DNA of 64,000 nt, from positions 7,263-71,262 of the forward strand of contig NW_021833753.1 of assembly GCF_006345805.1 (NCBI RefSeq), written 5' to 3'. The translations under genes and the position numbers were made by a program. Positions 13,557 to 26,845 of this stretch are shown here, one piece after another. The notes under the pieces are model-generated. The model was not told where the DNA came from. It searched no databases and saw nothing but the letters and a program-made list of their open reading frames with translations. This stretch comes from Octopus sinensis. Lineage: Eukaryota. Each line of letters starts with the position of its first letter. Within the stretch, counting starts at the first letter, position 1.

Positions 13557-14035
13557 TATTTTTGTTATTTTTTATTTGCCCTGTCCGTGTGAGCTAACAA
13601 TCGTACTGACTTTCATGGGAAACATGTATTTTCGTGGTTGAAACCTTTTGGATTAACTGGTGCTAGAGTGAGCCATATAGTGACCACTCTCTTATATTTA
13701 TTTTGTAAAAATATTATAATATGTTATAAAATATTATAATAATCCAGGTTTCTCGGAGCACTAGGCCACTTGGTGTTGAATAGATATACTATTAAATTAG
13801 TATCTAATTCTCTCACCCTTATTAATTAATTATATATATATATATATACTGTATGTATGTATATATATGTATTATACTGTATGTATGTATATATATGTTT
13901 ATATATATACATATGTATATATATATATGTATATATATTTTATTTATTTTATTTTTTAAAAATTTTATCTAGTTTCAGCTTACAAGCTGTGGCCATGCGG
14001 GGCACCGCCATTTTATAAATTCATATATATAATCT

Positions 14036-14090
<55 letters not shown>

Positions 14091-14139
14091 GTGTATATAT
14101 ATTTAATAATATATATATGTATATGATTTCAACATTGGG

Positions 14140-14312
14140 GGTAGGGTTAAATTTATTAATTCTTAATCAATTTCACCAAGTTGAATTGAGCACCTATTGA
14201 GAGAGGTTTTTCTTTAGTGTTAGAATAAGTTTTATAAAAAGTTTTTTTTAGCTGCTATTTCTAACGAGTTCAGTATGCGGCAAAGTAATTTTATTTTTAC
14301 TAAGCCCTTTTA
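14140..14312. mobile_element. Rearranged dispersed fragment of the 45.6-47.4 kb repeat family
   Basis: 14183-14312 matches ttgaattgagc...gagagaggtttt...gctgctatttcta..gagttcagtatgcggcaaagtaa...ctaagcccttttatata. 14142-14182 is an inverted copy of the unit's acttggtgaaattgatt...ttttaccc segment. Confidence 0.8.
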
Positions 14313-14400
14313 TATATATATATGTATATGTATATATATATAATAATATATATATATGTATATGTTATGTATTTTTTATATATATATATGTAACACACAC

Positions 14401-14458
<58 letters not shown>

Positions 14459-14988
14459 CTATCATATATAATATATATGTTCATATGTATAGACATACAT
14501 ATACATATATATATACAAATACAAAACACATATACACCGATGCAAATACGTACGGGCGCAAACACACACATAGAATCATACATTTTCATGTGTTTTTTGT
14601 GCGTGTGTCTTGTATGTGAGAAGGAGAGAATGACTGAATCTTTCAGTCTGCCTCACACTCTGTGTATGCCGTACGTACGTCTGCTCGTCACTTCTCGGGG
14701 CACAGCAGGGAATGGAGATTGATGGATGCAATAAGAACGACATTATAACAGATAGGGGTCGTAGGGAGATTATGCGAAAGCGATGCGCGCGCGAGAGAGA
14801 TAGAGAGATGGAGAGAGAGATAGAAAGATGGAGAGAGAGAGAGAGCTCTGTTTGTTTCTCTCCCTGTTTAGAGAGGAAGATAGAACAGAGAGGGGTACAC
14901 AAATCGACAGAGAAGGAGAGTGAGATAACCAGATACAATTTAAAGATAGTTCAATACTACAAATATATATACACACACACACACACGT

Positions 14989-17490
14989 TTATATGATGTA
15001 TACATATGTATATAAAGATAGAGAGATAAAGAGATAGGATGTATATATATCCATATTCACACGTACACATACCCACACATATATACACATACATATGTAC
15101 ACACACTCGCAAATATATATATATAATATATATATATATATATGTATGTATATATATATATATATATGCTCACACAAAGATAGTCTGTGTGTATCTATAT
15201 ATTTATGCTTGCATATATATATATATATATACATTATATATATATTTATACATTATATATATATTTATATATATATGCGTATACATATATATATATATAT
15301 ATGTGGATGTGTGTGTATGTATATTATCAACAGTGATAGTGAGAGATACAATGTGTGAGATAGAAAGAGAAAAGAGTAGAGAGGGAGGTTTCTATAAAGT
15401 AGTAACAGAAAAAGACAATGGTGTTATTGGAGTCGGGTGATCAGTAGTTAGAGAGTTAATTAATTATGTCAACAAAGTGAATTAGAACTATCAATAATGG
15501 CAATTAAGGATATCAACACAAGAAATCAATACCAATAACGAAGTGTAATGTTATTGAGAAGAAGTTCCTATTTTTGGCTAGTGCCGCCATTATTTCTCCT
15601 CATCCAATATATCAAAAATTCTAGCAAAGAATATAATAAAAGAATATAAAACAAAAAAAAGGATATAAAGTAAAAAAAAAATAAAAGAGACAGAGAAGTT
15701 GGGTGTCTCATTTAATCACTTTTTGTTTGCTTGATCAATTATTTTCTCCTCAGCCTCAGGTATCTCGAATTGTTGCTATTGCCGGCGTTGTTGTTGTTGC
15801 TGGCTGTGCTGCTGCTGCTGATGATGATGATGTTACAGATTTGTTATTGTTTCCATTATTAACGTTGTAGCATTTTTTATTGCTGTTGTTGTTATTGTTG
15901 TTTGTGTTTTATGGCATTGTTCTTAGTCTTGCAGTTGTTGTTGTTCTTCTTCTTCTTCTTGGAGTGTTTGTTTCTTTAATTTTGTGTTGTTATTGTTGTG
16001 TATAACACTGAAGCTGTTTCAGATCTTGTATCTGTTTATCTTTTGTTTGTTTCAATCATTACATTGCGGCCAGGCTGGGGCACTTCCTTGTATAATTTCA
16101 GCTGAACAAATCTATTTCTTTGTTATTTTAAAGCCTGGTACGATTCTATCGGGCTTTTCTTTTCAGTCCGCTAAGTTAGTGGTCGTAATCACACCAAAAG
16201 CGTTTGTCAAGTGGTGAAGGTCGACAAACACCGACACACACACACACACTTATATGATGTTACATATGTATATATATAGAGAGATAAAGAGATAGGATGT
16301 ATATATATCCATATTCACACGTACACATACCCACACATATATACACATACATATTACACACACTCGCAATTATATAATAATATATTATATATATAATATA
16401 TATAATGTATGTATATATATATTTATATGCTCACACAAAGATAGTCTGTGTTATCTATAATATTTATGCTTGCATATATATAATATATATACATTATATT
16501 ATATTTATACATTATATATATTTATATATATATGCGTATACATATATATATATATATATGTGGATGTGTGTGTATGTATATTATCAACAGTGATAGTGAG
16601 AGATACAATGTGTGAGATAGAAAGAGAAAAGAGTAGAGAGGGAGGTTTCTATAAAGTAGTAACAGAAAAAGACAATGGTGTTATTGGAGTCGGGTGATCA
16701 GTAGTTAGAGAGTTAATTAATTATGTCAACAAAGTGAATTAGAACTATCAATAATGGCAATTAAGGATATCAACACAAGAAATCATACCAATAACGAAGT
16801 GTAATGTTATTGAGAAGAAGTTCCTATTTTTGGCTAGTGCCGCATTATTCTCCTCATCCAATATATCAAAAATTCTAGCAAAGAATATATAAAAGAATAT
16901 AAAACAAAAAAAGGATATAGTAAAAAAAAATAAAAGAGACAGAGAAGTTGGGTGTCTCATTTAATCACTTTTTGTTTGCTTGATCAATTATTTTTCTCTC
17001 AGCTCAGGTATCTCGAATTGTTGCTATTGCCGGCGTTGTTGTTGTTGCTGTTGCTGCTGCTGCTGATGATGATGATGTTACAGATTTGTTATTGTTTCCA
17101 TTATTAACGTTGTAGCATTTTTTATTGCTGTTGTTGTTATTGTTGTTTGTGTTTTATGGCATTGTTCTTAGTCTTGCAGTTGTTGTTGTTCTTCTTCTTC
17201 TTCTTGGAGTGTTTGTTTCTTTAATTTTGTGTTGTTATTGTTGTGTATAACACTGAAGCTGTTTCAGATCTTGTATCTGTTTATCTTTTGTTTGTTTCAA
17301 TCATTACATTGCGGCCAGGCTGGGGCACTTCCTTGTATAATTTCAGCTGAACAAATCTATTTCTTTGTTATTTTAAAGCCTGGTACGATTCTATCGGGCT
17401 TTTCTTTTCAGTCCGCTAAGTTAGTGGTCGTAATCACACCAAAAGCGTTTGTCAAGTGGTGAAGGTCGACAAACACCGACACACACACAC
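14989..17490. repeat. ~1.25-kb tandem duplication (two copies joined at (CA)n tracts)
   Basis: Copy 1 ~14989-16249 and copy 2 ~16250-17490. Identical ORF translations at 15984 and 17229 (offset 1245); differences are mostly 1-2-bp indels. Confidence 0.92.
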
Positions 17491-17869
17491 ACACGCACAA
17501 ACACACACACATACATACGTTCGCACACGCATATATACGCACACATATACACATACACGCATGCACGGACACACACACGTGCACACACGCACACGCATGC
17601 ACGACCTTATCTTCGTCGGGGTTCTTTCAGTTTCTATCTACGAAATCCAGTCACATATAGTAGAAATCATTTTCCCCATAGTGCCTTATATAGGAATCGA
17701 AACTAGGACCATGTCATTGGAAAGCAAGCTTCTTACTACAACGCCGCCCCTGTTGTTTTACTTATTCTCATTGCTGTTGTATTGTTGCTATTGTATGTAT
17801 GTATGTACGTACGTACGTATGTATGTATGCATGTATGTATCTCTCTGTCTCTGCCACTCTCTCTCTGTC

Positions 17870-17896
17870 TCTCTCTATCTATCCATCTATCTATCC

Positions 17897-17976
<80 letters not shown>

Positions 17977-17985
17977 CTATCTATT
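17870..17985. repeat. (CTAT)n tetranucleotide microsatellite
   Basis: Directly visible. Confidence 0.95.
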
Positions 17986-19001
17986 TCTCTACTTACAGCC
18001 AAACCGGCACATAATGGTAATACTTTGAAACTAAAGTATCCCCTGAAATATGAATACAAACGGAATAAAATAAATTCCACGTAAATCGGACCAGTTGTTC
18101 TTGAGATGTTGGGGGTTTTGGGGGCTATAAATATCCAAAACGGTGCTTAATGGGAATATACTCCGAAAGTAGCTTAGCTCTGAAAGGGAAGAGACTCTAA
18201 CATTTCGATTAGAAACATTAGTCACTTGCCAACATTAGTCACTGTAACTTGCCAACGAAAAAATACGAGTGATTTTTTTACAGTAAATCTTTCTATGTTC
18301 GCTTTTATTAAACAATATTTTTATAATTTAGAGAAACTTTCAGTGAATGTGATTTCAGAAAAGTAAGTTTTTTGTACAGTAAGTATTTATATTTTAGCTT
18401 TCTTTAAACAAACGACATTTTTATCTTTTTGAATATATTTTCAAGTGAATACCATTACAAAAATATTCTTTGACATATTTTAAAAATACTTTAAAGTGAA
18501 AATGATTTTAAAAATACGGTAAATATTTCGTAAAAGACTGCTTCGTAACATCGGTGTCAAATAATTTTTCCCATGGGTTTATTTGGAGTGCATTCAACGT
18601 ATCTCACCTCCAAAGATTTGGCTGCTATTTCTAGCACGTGCTGCTACCATATAACAGCAATACAGGACCCGAAATAGGTGTCACGTGGTAGCAGGGCGTG
18701 CAAGAAATAGCATCCACACCTTTCCTGAGGTAGGAAGCCGTTCACTCGTGATCTCGGTATCACATTCGTTGAAAGCATGCGAAATAACCTGTTAAAGAAA
18801 AAAGACCTCACGATACACAGAGTTTCCCGGGAAATTCCAAGGTCCTCACAACTTTTCCCAGCTTTTTTCTTTCAGAAGAAAGTGGCTTGTGGTGGGTTTC
18901 GATGTGAGATATGTTGAATACTCTCAGAAAAAAAAAATCTGTGGAAAAAAAATACACGCGAAAAAATCCTGTATGGACAGGTCCTTTACGAAATATTTAT
19001 C

Positions 19002-19452
19002 CAAGATCGCGAAAGGGATGCTCATAGAGGAATGATGAGACTGATATAGCAAGGGCTGAGCATCTGGCAGAATAAAGGGAGAGACACAGAAGCAAGAGAA
19101 ATCAGGAATCGGACACTCGGAGAGATGAGCGTCTGACAAAGCAGAAGCAACGAGACAAAAGCAGATGTTATGAATCGGATGCTCATGTGAGTACGAATGG
19201 AATAAAATAGATTTTGCGCAAATCGGACAACGGGTTACCGAGACACACGGTTTTTTTGGGTACCTGTATAAATAGCGAAACCGGTGTAAAATGGGAAAAA
19301 TGCTTTGAAAGTAAGATACCATGAAAATGTGAATACACGCGGAATAACAGAAGTTTCGCGTAAATAGGACCAAGGATTCCCGAGACACATGGTTTGTTCG
19401 GGTACCTTGTTGAACACTATTGGTGACGCAAACGGAAACGGGTAGTCCAGTA
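19002..19452 (+). mobile_element. Probable Helitron remnant (Rep N-terminal repeat region and terminus-like end)
   Basis: Frameshifted + strand peptide QDRERDAHR / NDETDIARAEHLAE*RERHRSKRNQESDTRRDERLTKQKQRDKSR resembles the ETxxxRxxRL repeats of Helitron Rep N-termini. It ends in acgggtagtccagt before (TA)n. Confidence 0.45.
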
Positions 19453-19491
19453 ATATATAATATATATTATAATATATATATATATATATAT

Positions 19492-19527
<36 letters not shown>

Positions 19528-19787
19528 GTTATATACAGCGGAGAAGTTCCTGAATTGCCTTCGCGATAGCGCGTCAAAGTCAGGAACGTTTCAGCACCAC
19601 ACCGTATAAGTTGCGAGGGCAAACACAAAGGAGTACACACACACACACACACACACACATACACACACACACACACACCAACATACACACCAACACACAC
19701 ACATACACACACGCACATGCACACACACTCATACGCCTAGCTACACATATATACCTATGCACACACACACACACATATGTATGGATG

Positions 19788-20168
19788 GAAGCACTCCGTC
19801 GGCAACGACGATGAGGGTTCCGGTTGATCCGAATCAACGGAACAGCCTGCTCGTGAAATTAACGTGTAAGTGGCTGAGCACTCCACAGACACGTGCACCC
19901 TTAACGTAGTTCTCGGGGATATTCAGCGTGACAAAGAGAGTGACAAGGCCGGCCCCTGAAATACAGGTACAACAGAAACAGAAGTAAAGTGAGAGAAAGT
20001 TGTGGTGAAAGAGTACAGCAGGGATCACCACCATCCCCTGCCGGAGCCTCGTGGAGCTTTTTAGGTGTTTTCGCTCAATAAACACTCACAACGCCCGGTC
20101 TGGGAATCGAAACCGCGATCCTATGACCGCGAGTCCGCTGCCCTAACCACTGGGCCATTGCGCCTCCA
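19788..20168 (-). mobile_element. Well-preserved tRNA-derived SINE, family C
   Basis: Reverse strand reads ggcgcaatggcccagtggttagggcagcggactcgcggtcataggatcgcggtttcgattccc (A/B boxes), followed by a body ending in gacggagtgc. Confidence 0.88.
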
Positions 20169-21330
20169 CTACACATATGTATATTATGTATATTATGTAT
20201 ATATGTATGTATGTATGTATGTATATATACGTGTGTGCGTAAGTGTTTGTGGTAGCATTCGCAACTAATGCATACGAGTTATGGTTTCATTGTGTTCTCG
20301 TCAATTAGCTGTTATTCTTTGCTACAGTATCAGTTAAGAGTTGAAATCCCATCGAGGTAAACCTTGTCTTTCATCTTTTCAGAGTCGATAAAATAATATA
20401 ATAATCAAGTACAGGGTTCGAATGATATCGATTTATTGCACAACACCCATCCACCATCTCTAAAAAACTGATGGCTTGGCTCCTAAATTACTAAGAATCT
20501 GCGTTTAGCGATCGAGGCCAGTCGATGACGAATTTGCATTCCATATATTCGGTTGTCGTAATCGACTAGACACATCTGAATTTCAGTTCTTTTCCCTGAT
20601 AGAAATCTTAGCATGTCGGACAAAATGCTTAGCGGAATTTCGTCGGTGTTTTCGTTCTGAGTTCAAATTCAGCCCAACTCAAATTGTCTTACATTTTTGG
20701 GGGAGGATCGCTAAAATAATTACCAGTCGAGAATTTAGGTCGACGTGACTTAGGTACGTACCGTTCCACAAAATTTCAGATTTTGAGTGAGAGAGCAGCG
20801 CACATCACAGAAAATGACACAGGGGTACACATACATGAAGCCCAATAAACCTATCAAGACAACCCGTCTGATAAACATAAACCAGGCACATGCATCACAA
20901 CCATGCGTGCCTGACATTGTGATCTCATATCAAGATAAACAGTGCATCACCTTTTGATGGGTCCTAGCTAGATTTTTCTTCAGGTCAAGTAGACCATCCT
21001 GCTCAAAAAATATCTGTTTTTAGAGGTGAATTATTCAAACCCCAAAGAATTCCCCTCAACAGATAGCCATGATGATCCCGCATTTCTCCTGCTCGTGATC
21101 AGAGACGCGCATATCGTTTGTCATTAAGGATATATTCAACTGGTTAAGTTAAAAAAAAAAAAACAACTGAAAGGAAGTCTGCAGTATAGAGCAGAATATT
21201 TGCTGTGGCCCATCATTTGCATCCAGACAAAATATGTTCATGGTGACATTTGCGATTAGAAGCTATGAGATTAGAAGTTAAGATTAGAAGCTAGGAGGGC
21301 CACTACCTGATATTGCATCAGGGCGTTTCA

Positions 21331-21690
<360 letters not shown>

Positions 21691-22154
21691 ATTACTGTGA
21701 GCACGAGCATGTATTATCGTTATAACCCTAGTCATATTACATCGTCCACATCCTTACATCGTCCACATCAATTACGCCCTTAAATCTCGCTGAGACTGAA
21801 TCAAGCGTTCCTCCCATGAGTTCCATATATTAAATCACTTGTCGAGCATGACTCTGCACGTAATGAAAGCTACTCTGCAAATAAAAAAAATTAAAATTTA
21901 TTGCAGTTGTCTTTCTGTCAGAAATCACAGAAACCACAATTGCCATTTTTATTGGACGATCTTATTCTCATGGCACATTTGTGAGGGTGTAGGGTTTTGT
22001 TCCGGTTATTTGCCCTCTAAGCTCAAATGCCGCCAAGATCGACATTTTTTCCATCATTCTGTGGTCTATAAAATATAGTAACTGCCAAGCATATACGTGA
22101 ATTGAATTGGCTGAGCTCTCCCTGTATGTATATAATATATATATTATGTGTGTG

Positions 22155-22185
<31 letters not shown>

Positions 22186-24561
22186 TATATTATATATATA
22201 TATATATATATATCGCATACTTTTTTCTCCTCCTGTTTTTGATATGACGTTTACATTCCCAAATCTTAAGTCACTTAAAAAAAATCTCGATCGAATAACA
22301 CCTTTTACAAGAATTTCTGCTTGGAATTACCAACTATAAATACCATTGGAACTCACATACAAGTTATAGGAAACTTATATATACACCATTCTGCTTAAAT
22401 AATGCAAATGCAAATACAATATCCTTACGTATATCACGTCTGTTTCATTCCTCCACTTCACTCTCTATTTCATATCTTCTCTATAATAACTGTTACTTAA
22501 ACATTTTCTCGCACCGTCTCCGACGAAGGGATGTATAAAATATCCCAGAAACAGCTGGAAGACCTTTTTATAAATGACAGGAAATCTATTCACTGCCTTG
22601 GATTTATTATCTTATTCTGTTAATTTTGTCTATATGATATATATATATATATATAGATATATATATAATATATATATTATATATATATTATATATATATA
22701 CACACATATATAGGAGCAAGAGTGGCTGTGTCGTAAGTAGCTTGCTTCCCATGAGTCAGTGTGTGCATGTGTCATTGTGTTGTGCACTGAAGAAGATAGT
22801 CGGCAGTGTTTAGCCTGCCAAAGAAGCTGCTGCAAGGTAAGACTTTTCTCTTGGACCCAGTGAGGGTCGTTTTCTATGCTTATATGTTTTGCAAACAGGG
22901 AATCCTCACTGGATTCAGGGTGTTGGTCTACTTGCGGTTCAGCAACATGGTCCATAGTAAATGACATTTTTTTCTCATTGTTAGAAGTACAGTCTGGTGC
23001 ACGTATCCTTGAACAAAAAATTGTTCACTTTTTAACAGTGTATGTTTGTACAACAATAACATTTACCATTATTGGAAAACACTATTTCAAGTGTTCACAT
23101 GAAGTGAAAACTTTTTCTCATTGTGAGAAATATAGTTTGGTGACGTTTACTGCCACCAAAAGTCGTTCGCTGTTTGTAAATAGAGTGTATTTTACAACTA
23201 CGTCGGAAACCTGTATTTCAAGTGGAGCAGTCCAGGTTCGAATTGGAATACCATAGGGCTTGGAGTACCTCCATGCCCAGAAGATTTTTTTGCTGTGTTT
23301 TTTTGAACTGTAGTTTTCGTCTTATAGTGTAACTTTTTTTATTGAACTGTTTGCTTATTTTTTCTTCTTCCATTTTGTTTTCTTTTGAATTCTCTCTTTC
23401 CTTTTTTGTGAACTATTGTTTTCAAGTTTTTATTTTTCAATTTGAAACATGGTACAAAAATACGGATAAGATTGGGGAGTGGGAGATTGTTCCACCTAAG
23501 GAGTGGCTCAGACAGCAAGAGGAGCGGACGGTGGTGTTGAGAACGTATTCGAATGTTCTCGACACCATTACCGTCTTCCCAAAGCAGATGATTGAGCAGG
23601 GTCATCTGCCAACCATTAAGTATATCTCTAGGGAGTCAAACATGCAATGGTGTGGTTGCTATTTGATACCCCAGAGGTACATAAATTCGAATTAATTAAA
23701 ATACGAGTATAATCAGTACACGATATTCTTTCGATAAATATTTCGTACCTCGGTGTGGTATAAGTTTTTTCCACAATTTTTTTCGAGTGCATTCAACGTA
23801 TTTGACCTGCAAACTCGCCGCAAGCCAACTTTTTGTCGGAATAAAGTGGGAGGGATGGTGTTGATCTAGACGTTTCCCACATAGGGTGTTTTCTTTCGCG
23901 GGTCTTTTTCCTTTTCAAGGTTATTTTGCATGCCCTCAACGAATGTGAAATCGAAATTACGCATAAACAGCTCCTTTATTCAGAAAATGAAAAATTGGCT
24001 GCTATGTCTAGCATGCCCTAGTACCACGTAAGAAGCTATTTGCGTTCGCACCGAAATATTTACCAACTATTTTCCTTCCATTTATTTTTCACTTTATGGA
24101 AATCAATATTTTCTCTGTTGACATACACCCCAGCGATGTTACGGATCAAATAGAAATACATCATTCACTGTTCCCTCATGACAGGACAAAGAAATTTCCT
24201 ACTGTCTTTGCAAGCAATAAGCGGATGGATTTGGCTTCAAATTCAAGCAGGGCCAAACGAGGTCCTACAAGTTATTTATAATAGTAAGTGGTATTATATC
24301 GGGGTTTAAGGAACGACGCGTGCACTATAAAATATGGGATGGCAATCTGAAAACAATAGAAACTCTTAAACGTTTATCGGTTTTTCTAAAATTTTTGGTT
24401 TAACGGAAGCGAAATGTAACAGAAGTTAATTAGTCCGATAGTGATTTTCAAAGTTAACTTAAGAGTTAAAACGTTAACGAAAACGTTAACCTCGGTAATG
24501 AACGATTAGCGGATCAACGGACTTACGCCCAACACTGTATATATATATATATATATATATA

Positions 24562-24750
24562 TAGGGAGAATTCACAAAAAAAAAACAACAAAAGACGAAG
24601 ACAGGTGGTGTAGACAACAAACAGATGTGTTAGTATAACGTTCGGGATGTGAAAAAGTCTTTTACGTTTCGAGCCTACGCACTTCCACAGAAAGAAACAA
24701 GGAGAGAAAATAAAGCATGTGTAGTGGCTAGCGATCTATCATGGCGAATA
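24562..24750 (-). mobile_element. Short (TA)n-embedded element with a minimal hammerhead-like motif
   Basis: Reverse strand 24698-24657 reads TTTCTTT CTGTGGA A GTGC GTAG GCTC GAAACGTA AAAGAC; bounded by TA runs. Confidence 0.45.
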
Positions 24751-24769
24751 TATGTATAATATATATATA

Positions 24770-24827
<58 letters not shown>

Positions 24828-24828
<1 letters not shown>

Positions 24829-25190
24829 CTATATAAAATCCGTTCTGTGTGTTGTGTGTGTGTGGCTTTCTTGATCTCGGAAACCTCCATCCGATTGGCG
24901 CTCAAATTTGATATGTAGATGCCGACGGTATCAGGGCGTGAATAAGTCTTGAAAAAATTACAAAAATCGAATCCAGGTGAGAGTGCGATCGATAAAGCCG
25001 TGAGAAATCGTTTTTCTTTGGAATAGAAAAAAGTCTTTATTTCCTCTCCTGCTGGTGTCTCAAATTTAGGTTAAATCAGTGTTTCTCAAAGGGGAGGCCT
25101 ATGGGATGATCGGACAAGTTGTTTTGAGAAAATTTGGTTTAAATGTTTGACAACTCAGCAACGTCCATTGGACGGGGGTGATTTGCTCTT
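24828..25190 (+). mobile_element. Helitron-like non-autonomous element, 5' portion
   Basis: Starts TCTATATAAAA..tgtgtgt..ATCTCGGAAAC...CCGATT....AAATTTG, the typical 5' signature of invertebrate non-autonomous Helitrons. No 3' CTAG end was found. Confidence 0.5.
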
Positions 25191-25209
25191 ATATATATAT
25201 ATATAGGGT

Positions 25210-25535
25210 AAAGACCCGCTTCAGTCATGTATGACCATGGGATTGCAGCAAGAATGTTATCCTCCTAGGCAAAAGTCCGGGTAACGTTGTTTATGGATGA
25301 CCAGCGGTCGCCCATGCATACCAGCCACCCTTCTGAACGCCAATGAGTTCATCCACGGAAAAGGCAAAGACCGATGCAACTTGGCAACTCATTTCTACAA
25401 CTGAGTGGAACCGGAGCAACGTTAAATAAAGCGTCTTCCTCAACATCACAACACACACAGCCCGAAACGAATAATCTAACTCACAACCTGGTGATTGTGA
25501 CCCCGACGCCCTAACCACTGAGCCATGTCGCCTTC
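25210..25535 (-). mobile_element. tRNA-derived SINE (family C-like head, different tail)
   Basis: Reverse strand reads ggcgacatggctcagtggttagggcgtcggggtcacaatcaccaggttgtgagtt. Confidence 0.7.
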
Positions 25536-25569
25536 ACGTATACACACACACACACACGCATACACACTC

Positions 25570-25868
25570 ACATATACACACACACATAATACATACATAC
25601 ATAGTACATACATACATACATACATAATACGTACATACATACATACATACACACATACATACATAATACGTACATACATACATACATACATACATACATA
25701 ATACGTACATACATACAAACGTACATACATACATACGTACGTACATACATACATACGTACATACATACATAATACGTACATACATACATTCATACATACA
25801 TACATACATACATACATACATACATACATACATACATACATACATACATACATACATACGTACGTACA
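25570..25868. repeat. (CATA)n microsatellite with recurring taatacgt variant
   Basis: Directly visible. Confidence 0.93.
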
Positions 25869-26094
25869 TATGTATATGTAAATATAAAGAATTTCCGAAA
25901 TTGTTGGTTTGGCATGTTAAAGATTATCGCTAAACATACTTATACAAATATAAGAAATCAGTTTTCTTTTCGCGAAGGTCGTTGTTCTCTGAGATTGTGC
26001 CCCGCAGATATATGTTATAGAAACCCTTGTTCGATTTCTTATATTCGCCTTCGCTATTGCAAACGATGATATTGTCAGCAACAGTAACAAAACC

Positions 26095-26425
26095 AATAAC
26101 TACCACCACCACCACCATCACGATCATCATCACCACCACCACCATCAGCATCATCATCATCATCATCGTCACCAGCAGCAGCAGCATCACCACCACCACC
26201 ACCACCACAACCACCACCAACACCGCCGCCGCCTCCACCACCACCACCACCCCCTCCACCATCACCACCACCACAACCACCACCACTACCACCACCACCA
26301 CCACCACCACCACTACTACCACCACCACCACCGCTACAATCACCACCAACCCACTACTGCTGATACCACCATCACCACCACCACCACCACCACCACCACC
26401 ACCAACACCAGCAACACCAGCACCG
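26095..26425. repeat. (ACC)n/(ATC)n compound microsatellite
   Basis: Directly visible. Confidence 0.93.
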
Positions 26426-26524
26426 CCTACGTCGACACAAACAATACATTCATATATGCATACACACATAACTCCATACTTACAGATTCATGCATAAACA
26501 TACAAATATTCCCGCATGCATACA

Positions 26525-26787
26525 TATTTTCTTTTCCTCTTACCTTTTTCAGTCATGCTGGAGCACCGCCTTTATTTGAACAAATCGACTCTAGATCTTA
26601 TTCTTTATAAGCCTATTACTTCTTCTATCGGACTATTTTGTCTGACCACTAAGTTACGGGGACTTAAACACACCAACATCGGTTGTCAAGCGATGGTGGT
26701 GGTGACAAACACAGACACACGCAAAGGCTTCTTTCAGTTTCCGTCTACAAAATTCACTTATAAGGCTTTGGTCGCCCGAGGCTATCA
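26525..26787 (-). mobile_element. SINE family B, 5'-truncated
   Basis: Shares tcagtcat..ctggagcaccgcc, catcggttgtcaagcgatg and ttctttcagtttccgtctac with other copies. Confidence 0.8.
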
Positions 26788-26807
26788 TATATATATGTAT
26801 TATATAT

Positions 26808-26845
<38 letters not shown>

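Larger units (their letters stand above)
12064..13833. repeat. Hammerhead-bearing ~535-bp tandem array with an inverted 5' arm (retrozyme / Penelope-pLTR-like)
   Basis: Direct units start with gagctaacaatcg at 12521, ~13055 and 13591 (~2.45 copies). 12064-12520 is the reverse complement of 12709-13165. Flanked by (TA)n on both sides. Confidence 0.9.

Noticed and set aside
18924-19388. 154-aa Cys/His-rich minus-strand ORF resembling a zinc finger
   Set aside because: There is no proper C2H2 spacing, and it is better explained as antisense to a Helitron-like remnant.
19788-20168. tRNA-like sequence at SINE heads
   Set aside because: It has A/B boxes but no complete cloverleaf with an acceptor stem; these are SINEs rather than tRNA genes.
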